Positions 49,237 through 59,134 of a stretch of DNA of 64,000 nucleotides are shown piece by piece; the first letter of the stretch is position 1, and each line of letters begins with the position of its first letter. The translations under genes and the position numbers were made by a program. The DNA comes from an uncultured delta proteobacterium (GTDB lineage: Bacteria; Myxococcota; UBA727; VGSZ01). Under the pieces are notes generated by a model that was not told where the DNA came from, did not search any database, and worked only from the letters and a program-made list of their open reading frames with translations. Location: the NCBI GenBank assembly GCA_963775425.1, contig CAVZJB010000016.1, forward strand, positions 384,001-448,000, given 5' to 3'.

Positions 49237-50235
49237 ATGGAACCAGCCTTCGACGAGACGACGTACCTCCGCGCGTTCGGCCTCAAGAAAAAGGCGGACC
49301 GGGACTTCGCCGACGGCCTGGTGCAGGCGCTGGCGCAGATCGATCGGGCGCTCCTGCCGGGAGCGGCGCCGCACCCGCTCGCGCACCTCATCGAGGTCGG
49401 CCCGCGCTCCATCGACCAGCTCATGTCCCTCGTCGACACCGGCAGCGACCGGCAGCAGGTCGACGCCATCGACGCCCTCGCGCACATCCTGCTCGGCACG
49501 CAGGACCGCGACGCCTCCGCGCGATTGAAGAAGAAGCTCGCCGAGACCGACAACAGCGACATCGCCGCGCTCCTCGAAAAGACCCTCGCCATCGCCGGCG
49601 ACGACGCCACGCTCGAGGAGCAGCTCCGCCGCCTCGGTGACGACGACCCTGGGGTCGTGGCCACGGCGGCGCGCCTGCTCGGCTTCGGCCGGTTCCGCCC
49701 GGCGGTGCCGGTGCTGAAGGGCCTCGTGAGCCCAGAGCACCTCTACGAGTCGCGCTGGGTCATCTGGGCGCTCGGGGAGATCGGCGACGAGGCCGCCCTG
49801 CCCGCGCTCGAGATCGCGCTGTCCAACGCGTTTCGCGTCGTCGACTGTCTCATCGCCATCGGCAAGATCGGCATGATCACCTCCATCCCCGCGTGCACGC
49901 CCCACCTCACCTCGGCGTTCCCCGAGCAGAAGGACGCCGCGGTGCGTGGGCTCGCGATGATCCTCGACAAGAACCGCGAGCACGTCCGCTACATCGGCGC
50001 GCTCCGCGACCAGCTCGCGCGCATGATCGAGCACGAGCTCGCCGACACGCAGGCCGAGCTGTCGGGCTCGACGCGCTTTCACATGCTCCTGTGCCTCGCG
50101 CGCCTCGGCCATCGCCTCGACGAGGCCCGCGTCAAGCGCTACCTCGGCGTCGGCGTCGAGGACCCTCAGCTCAAGCGCGTCGCTCCGTCGACGAAGCAGG
50201 ACAGCAAGGTCTTCAAGCGCATCCGCCGCCGTTGA
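49237..50235 (+). CDS. HEAT-repeat protein
   Basis: DDDPGVVATAARLLG, WALGEIGDEAALPAL, AIGKIG repeats. Confidence 0.8.
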   Translation: MEPAFDETTYLRAFGLKKKADRDFADGLVQALAQIDRALLPGAAPHPLAHLIEVGPRSIDQLMSLVDTGSDRQQVDAIDALAHILLGTQDRDASARLKKKLAETDNSDIAALLEKTLAIAGDDATLEEQLRRLGDDDPGVVATAARLLGFGRFRPAVPVLKGLVSPEHLYESRWVIWALGEIGDEAALPALEIALSNAFRVVDCLIAIGKIGMITSIPACTPHLTSAFPEQKDAAVRGLAMILDKNREHVRYIGALRDQLARMIEHELADTQAELSGSTRFHMLLCLARLGHRLDEARVKRYLGVGVEDPQLKRVAPSTKQDSKVFKRIRRR

Positions 50236-50378
50236 GCGTTGGAGCGCGGCTGGGCGTGACGGGCGAGCGGGGAGCGGTCACCTGTACGGCAAGCGCGTGC
50301 GGCGCGCGTGCGCGGTCACGGGGGGGACCGCGACCGCGAGTCGCACGCGCTGCCGGCCCACGCCCCCGCTCGCGCTGT

Positions 50379-51836
50379 CTAGGTGCGATGGACGCTGCGT
50401 GACGACGGGATGAAGCCCTCGTCGGTGAGCCTGCCCTCGAGGTACGGCGGGCGCGGCTTGCGCGCCTCCTGTTGTCCCATGAACGTCCCCGGGCCGAGCT
50501 CGAGGTAGCCGGGGCGGCCGCCGTCGCTCGTCGCCGCCGGGCGTCCTTCGACGTCGCCGTCGGGGACGAACTCGCCCTCGATGACGCTGCCGCGGACGTA
50601 CTCGCCCCCCGGCGTCGTCGTGGCGAAGCGGTGCACGCGCAGATCGCGCAGCGAGAGGTACCTGCCGAAGAACGCCACGCAGCGCTCGCCGAGCGCCCGC
50701 GCCTGCGCCCGCGTCTTCGAGCTCTGCGCGTGCCGCTCCCACATGCAGCACGCCTGCGGCACGCCGAGCTGACACGCCGTCGACGACGCCGCCACCACGC
50801 CCGTGGCCGTGGGCAGCGCGGGGTTTGCGTCGAGGACGTAGGCGAGGCCGGCGCAGCCGCTCGGCTCCCCGCCGTCGCACGCGCGCTCGAGGAGCGCCGC
50901 CGCCGCCGCCGGCCGCGGCTCCACGCCCTCGCCGTCGAGGAGATCGATGCCCGCCTCGCCGCACATCCTGAGGTCGCCTCCCTCCTCGCACAGGCCGAGG
51001 CGCGCCTCGAGCCCGTGCTTGGCCCACGGCGCCACCGCGAGCGCGCGCCCGCCGCCCGCGATGACCTCCTTGCAGGCGTCCTCGTCGCCGAGCGCGCAGG
51101 CGCGCTCCGTGCCCGCGGGCGTCTTCTGGGCCCGGCACGCGTCGCGCCAGCCGTGATCGCACGCGACGGCGAGGGCCTCCGCCGTCGACAGCGGCGTGAA
51201 CGAGCCGTCGCCGGCGGGCGCGCCCGGCCCGCGAGCGGCGTCGCGCGCGTAGGCCGCGCAGCTCTCGGCGTCGCCGAGGGCGCACGCGCGCGCGCGCGCT
51301 TCGTGAACGCGCTCCGGCGCCGCCGCTTCCCAGGCGCGACACGCGACGGCGAAGCCGTGGTCGCACGCGCGCTCGAGCTGCGACGGCGACGCCGGCGTCT
51401 TCGGCCCCGCCTCGAGCCACGCGCGCTCGATGGTGGCCCCCGAGCGCGCGAGCCCCGCGAGCCACGCGCACCCCATCCAGGCCCCGCGCGCGCACGCGTC
51501 GCGCAGCGCGGCTTTGCCCGCAGCGAGGTCGGCGGTGGTGCGCCGCGGCCGCGACAGGATGTGGCCGGCGGCGGCGCACGCGTCGACGTCGCCGCGCTCG
51601 CAGCGCGCGTGGAAGAGGGCGAGCGCGCGGGGCTCGTCGGCGGCGACGCCGGCGCCGCCGAGGGCGAGGCGCCAGGCGGGCCACTCGCTCGCGTCGTCGG
51701 CGTCGTCAACCGCGGCGGCGGGCGCGACGGCGGGGGGCGCGACGGCGACGGGCGCCGTCGCTCGCGCGGGCGCGTGCGGAGCGGCCGTGGTGCACGAGGC
51801 TGCCGCGACGACGGCGAGGGCGGCGAGCGGCCTCAT
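50379..51836 (-). CDS. Sel1-like (Cys-rich HcpA-type) repeat lipoprotein
   Basis: Lipobox AASC; RACxxGDxxAC repeats. Confidence 0.75.
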   Translation of the reverse strand: MRPLAALAVVAAASCTTAAPHAPARATAPVAVAPPAVAPAAAVDDADDASEWPAWRLALGGAGVAADEPRALALFHARCERGDVDACAAAGHILSRPRRTTADLAAGKAALRDACARGAWMGCAWLAGLARSGATIERAWLEAGPKTPASPSQLERACDHGFAVACRAWEAAAPERVHEARARACALGDAESCAAYARDAARGPGAPAGDGSFTPLSTAEALAVACDHGWRDACRAQKTPAGTERACALGDEDACKEVIAGGGRALAVAPWAKHGLEARLGLCEEGGDLRMCGEAGIDLLDGEGVEPRPAAAAALLERACDGGEPSGCAGLAYVLDANPALPTATGVVAASSTACQLGVPQACCMWERHAQSSKTRAQARALGERCVAFFGRYLSLRDLRVHRFATTTPGGEYVRGSVIEGEFVPDGDVEGRPAATSDGGRPGYLELGPGTFMGQQEARKPRPPYLEGRLTDEGFIPSSRSVHRT

Positions 51837-53161
51837 CGGGTGACGTAGGCGAAGGCGATGCACATCTCGTCGGTGGTCTTTTCGCCGAAGGTCACCGTGC
51901 GTCCCGTCTCGTTGTCCCATCGGCAGGTGAGCGTCACCTGCTCGAGGGTGCCGAGCTGAACGTTGTCGACGTCGGAGAAGAAGTAGCTCTGCTGCCAGTG
52001 GAAGTCCCACTGCGGGACGTCGACGAGGCAGCCGTGCGCGGCGCTCGTGACGGTGATCTGCTGCCCGAGCTCGTGCATGTGCGGCAGGAGCCCCCAGACC
52101 TTGGCGCCGGCGCCGGGGAAGGTCTTTTGGTCCGTGGTCACCTGCCCCGGCAAAAGCGAGAAGCTCTGGTCGATGAGCGGCACGAGCAGCGCGGTCGTGG
52201 GCACGCTGTCCTCGAGCTCGAGCTCCGCGTGGGTGATGTCCGCGGGCGTGGGCGTCGGCGCGGCGTCGAAGTTGTAGTGCACCTGCATGACGATCACCTG
52301 GTTCGCGGGGAGCGCGATGCCCGTGCCTGCCGGGTAGACCTGGGCGTTCGACCCGGGCGCCCACGTCGCCAGCACCTGCAGCGAGGCGCCGCTCACGTCG
52401 GGGCCGCCGTAGCAGGTCCAGCCGAGCCCGGCCTCGTCGGCGTCGCGCTGCTCGGCGGCGGCGCGATCGACGGAGAAGAGGATCACGTGATGAACCATGG
52501 ACGCGGTGCCCGGCAGGATGTTCGCCCCGACGACCATCTTCTGCGTGGTCACCGGCGGCGTCGCCTGCGCGGGATCGAGCAGGAAGCAGTGATAGTCGTC
52601 GTCGCCGGGGCCGCCGACCGGCGTGTACGCCTCGTCGGGCTGCACCTGGAGGTCGACGCGGTCGAGCCCGACGAGCTCCGGCACGGTGCCGTTGGCGGCG
52701 GCGGCGTCGCCGAGGGCGAAGCCGCCGTCGCGCCACGAGGTGAAGATCGCGATCTCGGCGTCGCTCATGCTGCGGTCGCCCTGGTACGTGTGGCTGCCGC
52801 AGTCGCGCGCGGGCATCCAGGGCGGCATCTCGCGGCTCTCGACGAACGCCGCGATGAGGTCCTGCTCGCCGACGACGGCGGCTTCGTCCTCGATGTCGAA
52901 CGGACCGATGCCGCCCGCCGTGTGGCACACCTCGCAGTGGTTGCGCGCGACCGGGAGCACGTCGCGGTACCAGGTGACGTCCGCCTGGCCCTCGCCCTCA
53001 CCCTCGCCCTCGCCCTCGCCCTCGCCCTCGCCCTCGCCTTCGCCGACATCGCCCTCGCCCTCGCCGACGTCGCCCTCGCCCTCGCCCTCGCCTGCGGGCG
53101 GCGCCGGGCACCCCATGGCCAGGCCGGTGACGAGGAGGGCGGCGACGGTGACGCGCATCAT
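51833..53161 (-). CDS. Copper type II ascorbate-dependent monooxygenase-like lipoprotein with CxxCH motif and (GE)n linker
   Basis: Lipobox AMGC; HCEVCH, MPPW, DDYHCF, VHHVIL, QVHY, PHMH, WDFHWQ, DEMC. Confidence 0.85.
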   Translation of the reverse strand: MMRVTVAALLVTGLAMGCPAPPAGEGEGEGDVGEGEGDVGEGEGEGEGEGEGEGEGEGQADVTWYRDVLPVARNHCEVCHTAGGIGPFDIEDEAAVVGEQDLIAAFVESREMPPWMPARDCGSHTYQGDRSMSDAEIAIFTSWRDGGFALGDAAAANGTVPELVGLDRVDLQVQPDEAYTPVGGPGDDDYHCFLLDPAQATPPVTTQKMVVGANILPGTASMVHHVILFSVDRAAAEQRDADEAGLGWTCYGGPDVSGASLQVLATWAPGSNAQVYPAGTGIALPANQVIVMQVHYNFDAAPTPTPADITHAELELEDSVPTTALLVPLIDQSFSLLPGQVTTDQKTFPGAGAKVWGLLPHMHELGQQITVTSAAHGCLVDVPQWDFHWQQSYFFSDVDNVQLGTLEQVTLTCRWDNETGRTVTFGEKTTDEMCIAFAYVTR

Positions 53162-53307
53162 CCTGCGTGTTGTAGCAGGGGTCGCCGCCCGCCACACCCG
53201 CCCCGGGGACCGCGCGGCGCGTCGAGCGCCCCGCCGAAGCGCGCGTGCGGGCGGCGCGATCGAAACCCGCCGCGGGGTCCGTACCCGGGGGAGGAGGAGC
53301 TCCGCAC

Positions 53308-53841
53308 ATGCTGCTCGTGGCCTGCCTACTGTTCACCGCCGAGCCGGCGCCGATGCCGCCGCCGCCGCCGAGCCCCGACCGCGTCGACGCCGCCTGCCAC
53401 GACGGCGTCGGCCGCGTGGTCCCGTGCCCCGCCGCGTCCGCGCCGCCGCCGCTCGAGCCCCTCGCGCAGGAGGGCGACGACGGCTGCAAGGAGGACGGCA
53501 CGCCCGCGGCCGATGGGCCGAACATCGCGGCCATCACCGGCATCGTCGGCAGCGCCACCGCCGTCGCCGGAGCGCTCACCGCCGTCGTGGTCGGCCTCGC
53601 GCAGGTGCCTGCGCCGTGGGACTACTGGAAGTACGCGGGCGAGCTGCAGAAGGCGCAGATCGAATTCCGCAAGAAGCCGGACGCCGCGTTCCTCAAGGAC
53701 GCCGAGCGAGCGCGCTCCGGCATGCACGGCATCGAAAACGCGCTCGGCGATCAGGTCGGCGTGTGGGTCGCGAGCGGCGTCACGCTCGCGACGAGCGGCG
53801 TGGGCCTCGCCTCGAGCATCGTCATCGTGGCGGGGGAGTGA
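53308..53841 (+). CDS. Hypothetical exported protein with C-terminal hydrophobic hairpin
   Basis: GAGGAGGAG RBS; short signal; two Gly-rich hydrophobic helices. Confidence 0.65.
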   Translation: MLLVACLLFTAEPAPMPPPPPSPDRVDAACHDGVGRVVPCPAASAPPPLEPLAQEGDDGCKEDGTPAADGPNIAAITGIVGSATAVAGALTAVVVGLAQVPAPWDYWKYAGELQKAQIEFRKKPDAAFLKDAERARSGMHGIENALGDQVGVWVASGVTLATSGVGLASSIVIVAGE

Positions 53842-53843
53842 CG

Positions 53844-54299
53844 ATGAGGCCCCTGTGCGCCGCCCGCGCCTCGCTCACGCTCGCCTGCGTCCTCACCGCG
53901 CTCGCCTGCGTCCCCGAGCACAACCCGACCTTCGGCGCGCCCTGCAAGGAGGACGGCGAGTGCGCCGGCGGCCTCAAGTGCCTGCCCTTCGACGGCACCG
54001 ACCGCTGCATCCAGGAGGGCACCGAGGACGGCGCCCGCGACGACGGCGCCGCGGGGGAAGGCGAGGGCGAAGGCGAGGGCGAGGGCGAAGGCGAGGGCGA
54101 GGGCGAAGGCGAGGGCGAGGGCTGCACCGCGGACGCCGACTGCGCCGACGACGTCTTCTGCAACGGCACCCCGCACTGCAACGCCGACCACGTCTGCGAG
54201 CAGCTCGCGCCGTGCGACGCCCTCACCGAGGTCTGCAACGAGGAGACCGGCTGCTGCGACGGCGCCGTCGGCAGCCGCTGCTTCAACCCACCGTACTGA
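53844..54299 (+). CDS. Small Cys-rich lipoprotein with (GE)n linker
   Basis: Lipobox ALAC; Cys-rich modules flanking GEGEGE; DDVFCNG. Confidence 0.8.
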   Translation: MRPLCAARASLTLACVLTALACVPEHNPTFGAPCKEDGECAGGLKCLPFDGTDRCIQEGTEDGARDDGAAGEGEGEGEGEGEGEGEGEGEGEGCTADADCADDVFCNGTPHCNADHVCEQLAPCDALTEVCNEETGCCDGAVGSRCFNPPY

Positions 54300-54460
54300 C
54301 GGCGGCCGGCGCCAGCCCGCGTCGATGAGCGGACCGCCGTCGAACGAGCGCCCTGCGAAGCCTCCGACGCCGAGGGACGGGCGACGACGTCGAGGACCGG
54401 GCGACGTGTCCCCCTCCAGCGCGGCCCCGGGCCACGCCGACCGCGCCGCCGGCGAGCGCG

Positions 54461-55543
54461 TCAAAACGGGAGGTGCGCGCGGAGCTGGTCGACGAGGTCG
54501 GTGTAGCGCGTGAGCACGAAGACGAGCGTCACCGAGATGAACACGCTGACCAGGGCCGCCGTGCGCCAGAAGTGCCCCCGGCGCTTCAGGGGGACGACCT
54601 CCACGAACAGCGACGTGTCCTCGACGATGGTGAGGGCCTCGGCCTCGACGATCTTGCCCACCGCGCACAGCCAGCTCACCAGCCGGCCGCTCTCGTCGGC
54701 GGGGGCGCCGTGGGTGGAGAGGAACATCTCGAGGGCCTGCCGCAGGTCGCTCGCGCTCGGCGGCCGGCGCTTGGGGTCGAGCTTGAGGCACCGCTCGACG
54801 AGCAGCGTGAGGCGCCAGGGGACGTGCGGCGCCACCTTGCCGAGCCGCGGCCACTTGCCCGTGGCGACGAGGCCCCAGATGGACTCGGGCGTCGCGTGCG
54901 CGAACAGCCTTCGGCCGCTCAACAGCTCGTAGAGGATGGCGCCGACGGCGTAGACGTCGCTCCTGGCGGAGGCCGCCTGGCCCTTCAACAGCTCGGGCGC
55001 CATGTAGCTCGGGGTACCGACGACGCCGCCGGTCTTGGTGAGCGTATCGAGGGACTCGTCGCGGGCGACGCCGAAGTCCATGAGCTTCACCGAGCCCGTG
55101 CGCGACACGATGACGTTTTGCGGCTTCACGTCCCTGTGCACGACGCCGGCGCGGTGGGCGGCCTCGAGGGCGCGCGCCACGCCGAGCCCGATCATGGCGG
55201 CGATGTCGACGGGGACGGCGCCGCCCTTGGTGAGCTCGGCGACGCCGAAGCCGTCGACGAGCTCCATGGCGAGCCACAGGTCGCCGCGGTGCTCCAGGAG
55301 GTCGTAGACGGCGACGATGCCCTCGTGCTGGATCTTGGCGAGCGCCTTCCCCTCGCGCAGGAAGCGCTCGCGCCACATCTCGCGGTCGGCGTCGGTGACG
55401 TCGAGCGGCAGCACCAGCTTCTTCAGCGCGGCCGGGCGATCGAGCGTGTCGTGGCGCGCCCGGTAGACCTCGCCCATGCCGCCCTTCCCGAGGACCTCGC
55501 CAATCTCGTAGGGACCGACCGCTTTCGGGGTTCGCGCCGCCAT
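54461..55543 (-). CDS. Ser/Thr protein kinase with C-terminal TM helix
   Basis: LGKGGMGEV, ALK, HRDVKPQN, DFG, GTPSYMAPE, SDVY. Confidence 0.95.
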   Translation of the reverse strand: MAARTPKAVGPYEIGEVLGKGGMGEVYRARHDTLDRPAALKKLVLPLDVTDADREMWRERFLREGKALAKIQHEGIVAVYDLLEHRGDLWLAMELVDGFGVAELTKGGAVPVDIAAMIGLGVARALEAAHRAGVVHRDVKPQNVIVSRTGSVKLMDFGVARDESLDTLTKTGGVVGTPSYMAPELLKGQAASARSDVYAVGAILYELLSGRRLFAHATPESIWGLVATGKWPRLGKVAPHVPWRLTLLVERCLKLDPKRRPPSASDLRQALEMFLSTHGAPADESGRLVSWLCAVGKIVEAEALTIVEDTSLFVEVVPLKRRGHFWRTAALVSVFISVTLVFVLTRYTDLVDQLRAHLPF

Positions 55544-55610
55544 CGGCGGCACTCTACCGAACGACGGCGGGCGGCCTCACCCTCAGAAATTCGCTCGGTG
55601 CCTCCCGGGG

Positions 55611-56518
55611 TTACGTCGGCGCCGCGCGCCCGAGGCGGCGGAGCGCGAATTCCACGCCGAAGCCGCTCGTGAACAGCCGCTCCTTGTCGTCGGCGAGGAG
55701 CGCGCGGGTCCAGCCCACCGCGCCGCCGTCGGCGGGGGTGAACCAGCGGCCCTCGCGATCCTGCGCGTCGACGCCGAAGAGGGCGCCGTCGTAGTAGCCG
55801 CGGCCCTGCGTGCGGGCGTCGTCCTCGACGGCGTCGACGCCGGCCGCCGCGAGCGCCTCGAGGTCGCCGCTGCCCGGCCGGGTCACGCGCACCCGAGCGG
55901 CGGGGGCGCCGAGGGCGCGCAGGAGCGAGAGCCACGCCTGCGCGTGCTCGACCAGCGCGGCGCTCTCGAAGCCGGCGCCGCGGCCGGCGCTCACCAGGCA
56001 AAAGAGGCGGAAATGCTGCGAGAAGCCGGGGACGTCGGGCAGCGGCTGCAGGCGCAGCACACGCGCCGACGTCAGCAGCCGCAGCGCCGGCCGCTCGCCC
56101 CGGGCACGGCTCGCCGGCGCCGGGCCACCTCGAGGGCGAGCGACGCCGTGGGATCGGCGAGCACCTCGAGGGAGCGGAGCGCGCCGAGGACGTTGTTCGG
56201 GTCGATGCCGGTGGCGGCGCACAAGCCGAGGGGCGCCACCGGCGCGAGCTCGACGGCGTCGAAGCCCGGCGCGGCCTCGTGCAAGAGGCGCTCGGCGCGG
56301 GCGAGCGCGCGTCCGTCGACGTCGCACGGCTGCGTCGCCGGCGCGCGCTCGAAGTGTCGCCGCAGCTCGGCGAAGGGGCGGGCGCGCGCTTGCTCCGCGA
56401 GGACGGCGAGGAGGAGCGACGTGAGCTCGCTCGGCTTGAGGCCCGCGAGCTTGTCGACGAGCGCGGCGTCGCCGAGGCGGCTGGCGACGCCGCGCGCGAT
56501 CTCGGACGTGGACGGCAT
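55611..56518 (-). CDS. Class II aminoacyl-tRNA-synthetase (HisRS/HisZ)-like catalytic-domain paralog; frameshifted at ~56100
   Basis: ORFs 56072-56518 and 55611-56327 join with one extra base in the C4 run at 56098-56101. Motifs VLADPTASLAL, RVLRLQP...HFRLF, GRGYYDG, DGG, SGFGVE. Confidence 0.6.
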
Positions 56519-56548
56519 GGATCCTCTCCTCGACCCGACGGAAGATGC

Positions 56549-56577
56549 GAAGAGCCGCCCTCGCGGGCGGCTCTCCT
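56549..56577 (-). terminator. Hairpin after rplL
   Basis: AGAGCCGCCC-GCGA-GGGCGGCTCT stem-loop with a weak U-tract. Confidence 0.6.
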
Positions 56578-56599
56578 CGTCACGGGGACGCGGCCGGCC

Positions 56600-56983
56600 C
56601 TACTTGAGGGCGACCTTGGCGCCCTCGGCCTCCAGCTTCTTCTGGAGGGCCTCGGCGTCGGCCTTGGAGAGGCCGTCCTTGACGACCTTGGGGGCGCCGT
56701 CGACGAGCTCCTTGGCCTCCTTGAGACCGAGGCCGGTGATCTCGCGGACCACCTTGATGACCTGGATCTTCTTGTCGCCGGCGGCCGTGAGCTCGACGGT
56801 GAACTCGGTCTTCTCGGCGGCCGGAGCCGCGCCACCAGCGCCGCCCGCGGGCATCGCCATCATCATGCCGCCGCCGGCGGCGGCCTTGACGCCCCAGGCC
56901 TCCTCGAGGTCCTTCACGAGCTGCGAGGCCTCCATGAGGGTGAGCTGGGAGAGCTGGTCCTTCAATGCTGCGAGATCTGCCAT
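56600..56983 (-). CDS. rplL: 50S ribosomal protein L7/L12
   Basis: [48 protein letters not shown]. Confidence 0.98.
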   Translation of the reverse strand: MADLAALKDQLSQLTLMEASQLVKDLEEAWGVKAAAGGGMMMAMPAGGAGGAAPAAEKTEFTVELTAAGDKKIQVIKVVREITGLGLKEAKELVDGAPKVVKDGLSKADAEALQKKLEAEGAKVALK

Positions 56984-57053
56984 GTCTTTCTTCTCCTGCT
57001 TGTGCGGCCCCGCGGGCCGCGAGCTTGTTGAAACGGAAGCGGTGCCCGAAGGC

Positions 57054-57599
57054 TCAGGCGGCCTTCTTCTGGTCCTCGTCGTGCTTGGCCTGAAGGACGC
57101 CCACGACGTGCTGCGCCGGCGCGTTGATCTGCGCGAGCAGCTTGCCGGGGACGGCCTGGATGACGCCGAGGAGCTGCGCACGCAGCTCGTCCATCGAGGG
57201 CATCTTGGCGAGCGTGTCGACGGCGGCCTCGTCGAGGCGGATGCCGCCCTGGAAGCCGGACTTGATGATAAACTTATTGAAGTCTTTCTTGAAGCCCGCG
57301 ATGACCTTGGCGGGGCCGACGGGGTCGGTCTCGCTCCACGCCACCGCCGTGACCTCCTTGAAGTCCTTGCTGATGGCCTCGAGCGGCGTGCCGGCGACGG
57401 CCCTCTTGGCCAGCGTGTTCTTCACCACGCGGTAGTGGATGCCGGCGTCGTGCAGGCGGCGGCGCAGGTCGCTGACCTCGGCGACGGTCAGGCCCTTCAC
57501 GCTCGTGAGCACCGCGCTCTCGACCTTCTTGAAGGCGTTCTTCAGGAAGTCGAGCTGGTCGAGCTTTTGTTGCGGGAACTCGGTTCTTGTCTCAGCCAT
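57054..57599 (-). CDS. rplJ: 50S ribosomal protein L10
   Basis: [32 protein letters not shown]. Confidence 0.96.
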   Translation of the reverse strand: MAETRTEFPQQKLDQLDFLKNAFKKVESAVLTSVKGLTVAEVSDLRRRLHDAGIHYRVVKNTLAKRAVAGTPLEAISKDFKEVTAVAWSETDPVGPAKVIAGFKKDFNKFIIKSGFQGGIRLDEAAVDTLAKMPSMDELRAQLLGVIQAVPGKLLAQINAPAQHVVGVLQAKHDEDQKKAA

Positions 57600-57639
57600 G
57601 TCTTCCACTCCGGTGCGACAACGAGAAATCGTGCGCCGA

Positions 57640-57752
57640 AGGAGACATGGACCCCGCGCGCGCTGTGCACAGGCGGTGTCCTCGTCTCGGCAGGGTCCCT
57701 CTCGAGAGAGGGTTTTGAGCGCGAGCGCCCCGGCGGTCTTCGACGGTACGCG
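57640..57752 (-). ncRNA. Ribosomal protein L10 leader (cis-regulatory RNA)
   Basis: Minus strand CCGTCGAAGACCGCCGG...CCCTGCCGAGACG upstream of rplJ. Confidence 0.75.
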
Positions 57753-57795
57753 CTGCCTGTTGCATGGCGGCGCTCGCTTGACAAGCCCTTTGCGC

Positions 57796-57835
57796 AAAAC
57801 AAAAGGCGCGCCCCCTCGCGAGGGCGCGCCCTTGT
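57796..57835 (-). terminator. Intrinsic terminator after rplA
   Basis: GGCGCGCCC-loop-GGGCGCGCC followed by TTTTGTTTT on the minus strand. Confidence 0.8.
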
Positions 57836-57850
57836 CGCCGCGACGGGGCG

Positions 57851-58561
57851 TCAGCCTTCCGCGGCGGACATCGACGTCGCGTCGCTGATGTCGACCTTCA
57901 CGCCCGGGCCCATGGTCGACGACACGGTCACGCCCTTCACGTAGGCGCCCTTGGTCGACGACGGCTTCTGCCGCAGCACGTTTTCGAAGAGCGCCTTGAA
58001 GTTCTCGACGAGCTTGTCGGACTCCATGGAGGTCTTGCCGATGCCGCAGTGGACGATGCCGGCCTTCTCGACCTTGTACTCGACCTTGCCGGCCTTGGAC
58101 TCCTTGACGGCCTTGGTGACGTCCATGGTCACCGTGCCGACCTTGGGGTTCGGCATCAGACCGCGGGGGCCGAGGACGCGGCCGAGCTTGCCGACGACGC
58201 CCATCATGTCCGGGGTGGCGATGATCTTGTCGAAGTCCATGAAGCCGCCCGCGATGCGGTCGTGCAGGTCGTCGGCGCCGACGATGTCCGCGCCGGCGTC
58301 CTCGGCCTCCTTGGCCTTCGGACCCTTGGCGAACACCGCGACGCGCACGGTCTTGCCCGTGCCGTTCGGCATCACCACCGCGCCGCGCACCATCTGGTCC
58401 GCGTGGCGGGGGTCGACGCTGAGGTTGATGGCCACGTCGACGGACTCGTCGAACTTGGAGGTCTTGCAGCCCTTCACGAGCTTGAAGGCCTCGGCGACCT
58501 TGTAACGGGTGGCGCGGTCGACCCGCTTGAACGCAGCTTCGCGCTTCTTTCCGGCGGTCAT
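57851..58561 (-). CDS. rplA: 50S ribosomal protein L1
   Basis: [36 protein letters not shown]. Confidence 0.98.
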   Translation of the reverse strand: MTAGKKREAAFKRVDRATRYKVAEAFKLVKGCKTSKFDESVDVAINLSVDPRHADQMVRGAVVMPNGTGKTVRVAVFAKGPKAKEAEDAGADIVGADDLHDRIAGGFMDFDKIIATPDMMGVVGKLGRVLGPRGLMPNPKVGTVTMDVTKAVKESKAGKVEYKVEKAGIVHCGIGKTSMESDKLVENFKALFENVLRQKPSSTKGAYVKGVTVSSTMGPGVKVDISDATSMSAAEG

Positions 58562-59001
58562 TCCGACACCTCGATGCCCATGGAGCGAGCGGTCCCGGCG
58601 ACGGAGCGGGCTCCGGCCTCGACGTCGTAGCAGTTGAGGTCCTTGAGCTTGGTCTTCGCGATGTCGCGCACCTGCGCCATCGTGACCTTGCCGACCTTCT
58701 CCTTGCCCGGGTTCTTGGCGCCGCCGCCCGGCTTCTTGTCGAGCTTCAGGCCCGCGGCCTTCTTCAGCAGGATGCTCGCCGGCGGGGTCTTGGTGATGAA
58801 GGTGAAGGACTTGTCCGAGAACACGGTGATCACGACGGGGATCATGAGACCCGCCTGATCCTGCGTGCGCGCGTTGAACTCCTTGCAGAAGCCCATGATG
58901 TTGACGCCGTGCTGGCCGAGCGCCGGGCCCACGGGGGGCGCCGGATTCGCCTTGCCTGCAGGGCACTGCAGCTTGACGTATGCCTGAATCTTCTTTGCCA
59001 C
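58558..59001 (-). CDS. rplK: 50S ribosomal protein L11
   Basis: [37 protein letters not shown]. Confidence 0.98.
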   Translation of the reverse strand: MAKKIQAYVKLQCPAGKANPAPPVGPALGQHGVNIMGFCKEFNARTQDQAGLMIPVVITVFSDKSFTFITKTPPASILLKKAAGLKLDKKPGGGAKNPGKEKVGKVTMAQVRDIAKTKLKDLNCYDVEAGARSVAGTARSMGIEVSE

Positions 59002-59010
59002 GACTTGCTC

Positions 59011-59091
59011 CGCGCGTGGTCAGCGGCCCAGCTCGATGCGGGGCCTCCCACGCGAAAGCGCGGAGAGTGCCTGACGTCCCGCCGGTGTCAA
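59011..59091 (-). promoter_or_regulatory. rplK promoter (TTGACA-N16-CACTCT) and L1-binding-type leader hairpin
   Basis: Minus strand TTGACA at 59091-59086; leader GCGTGGGAGG...TGACCACGC. Confidence 0.6.
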
Positions 59092-59134
59092 CCGCTGGTC
59101 GTTGTCGCTGCGCGTGTCCGCCGCCGCTGGGCCG

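Noticed and set aside
50236-50378. GC-rich intergenic stretch with imperfect inverted repeats as an ncRNA
   Set aside because: No recognisable family; compatible with a terminator region between convergent genes
55611-56518. Calling this gene hisS or hisZ
   Set aside because: No anticodon-binding domain, His-binding motifs diverged and no his genes nearby
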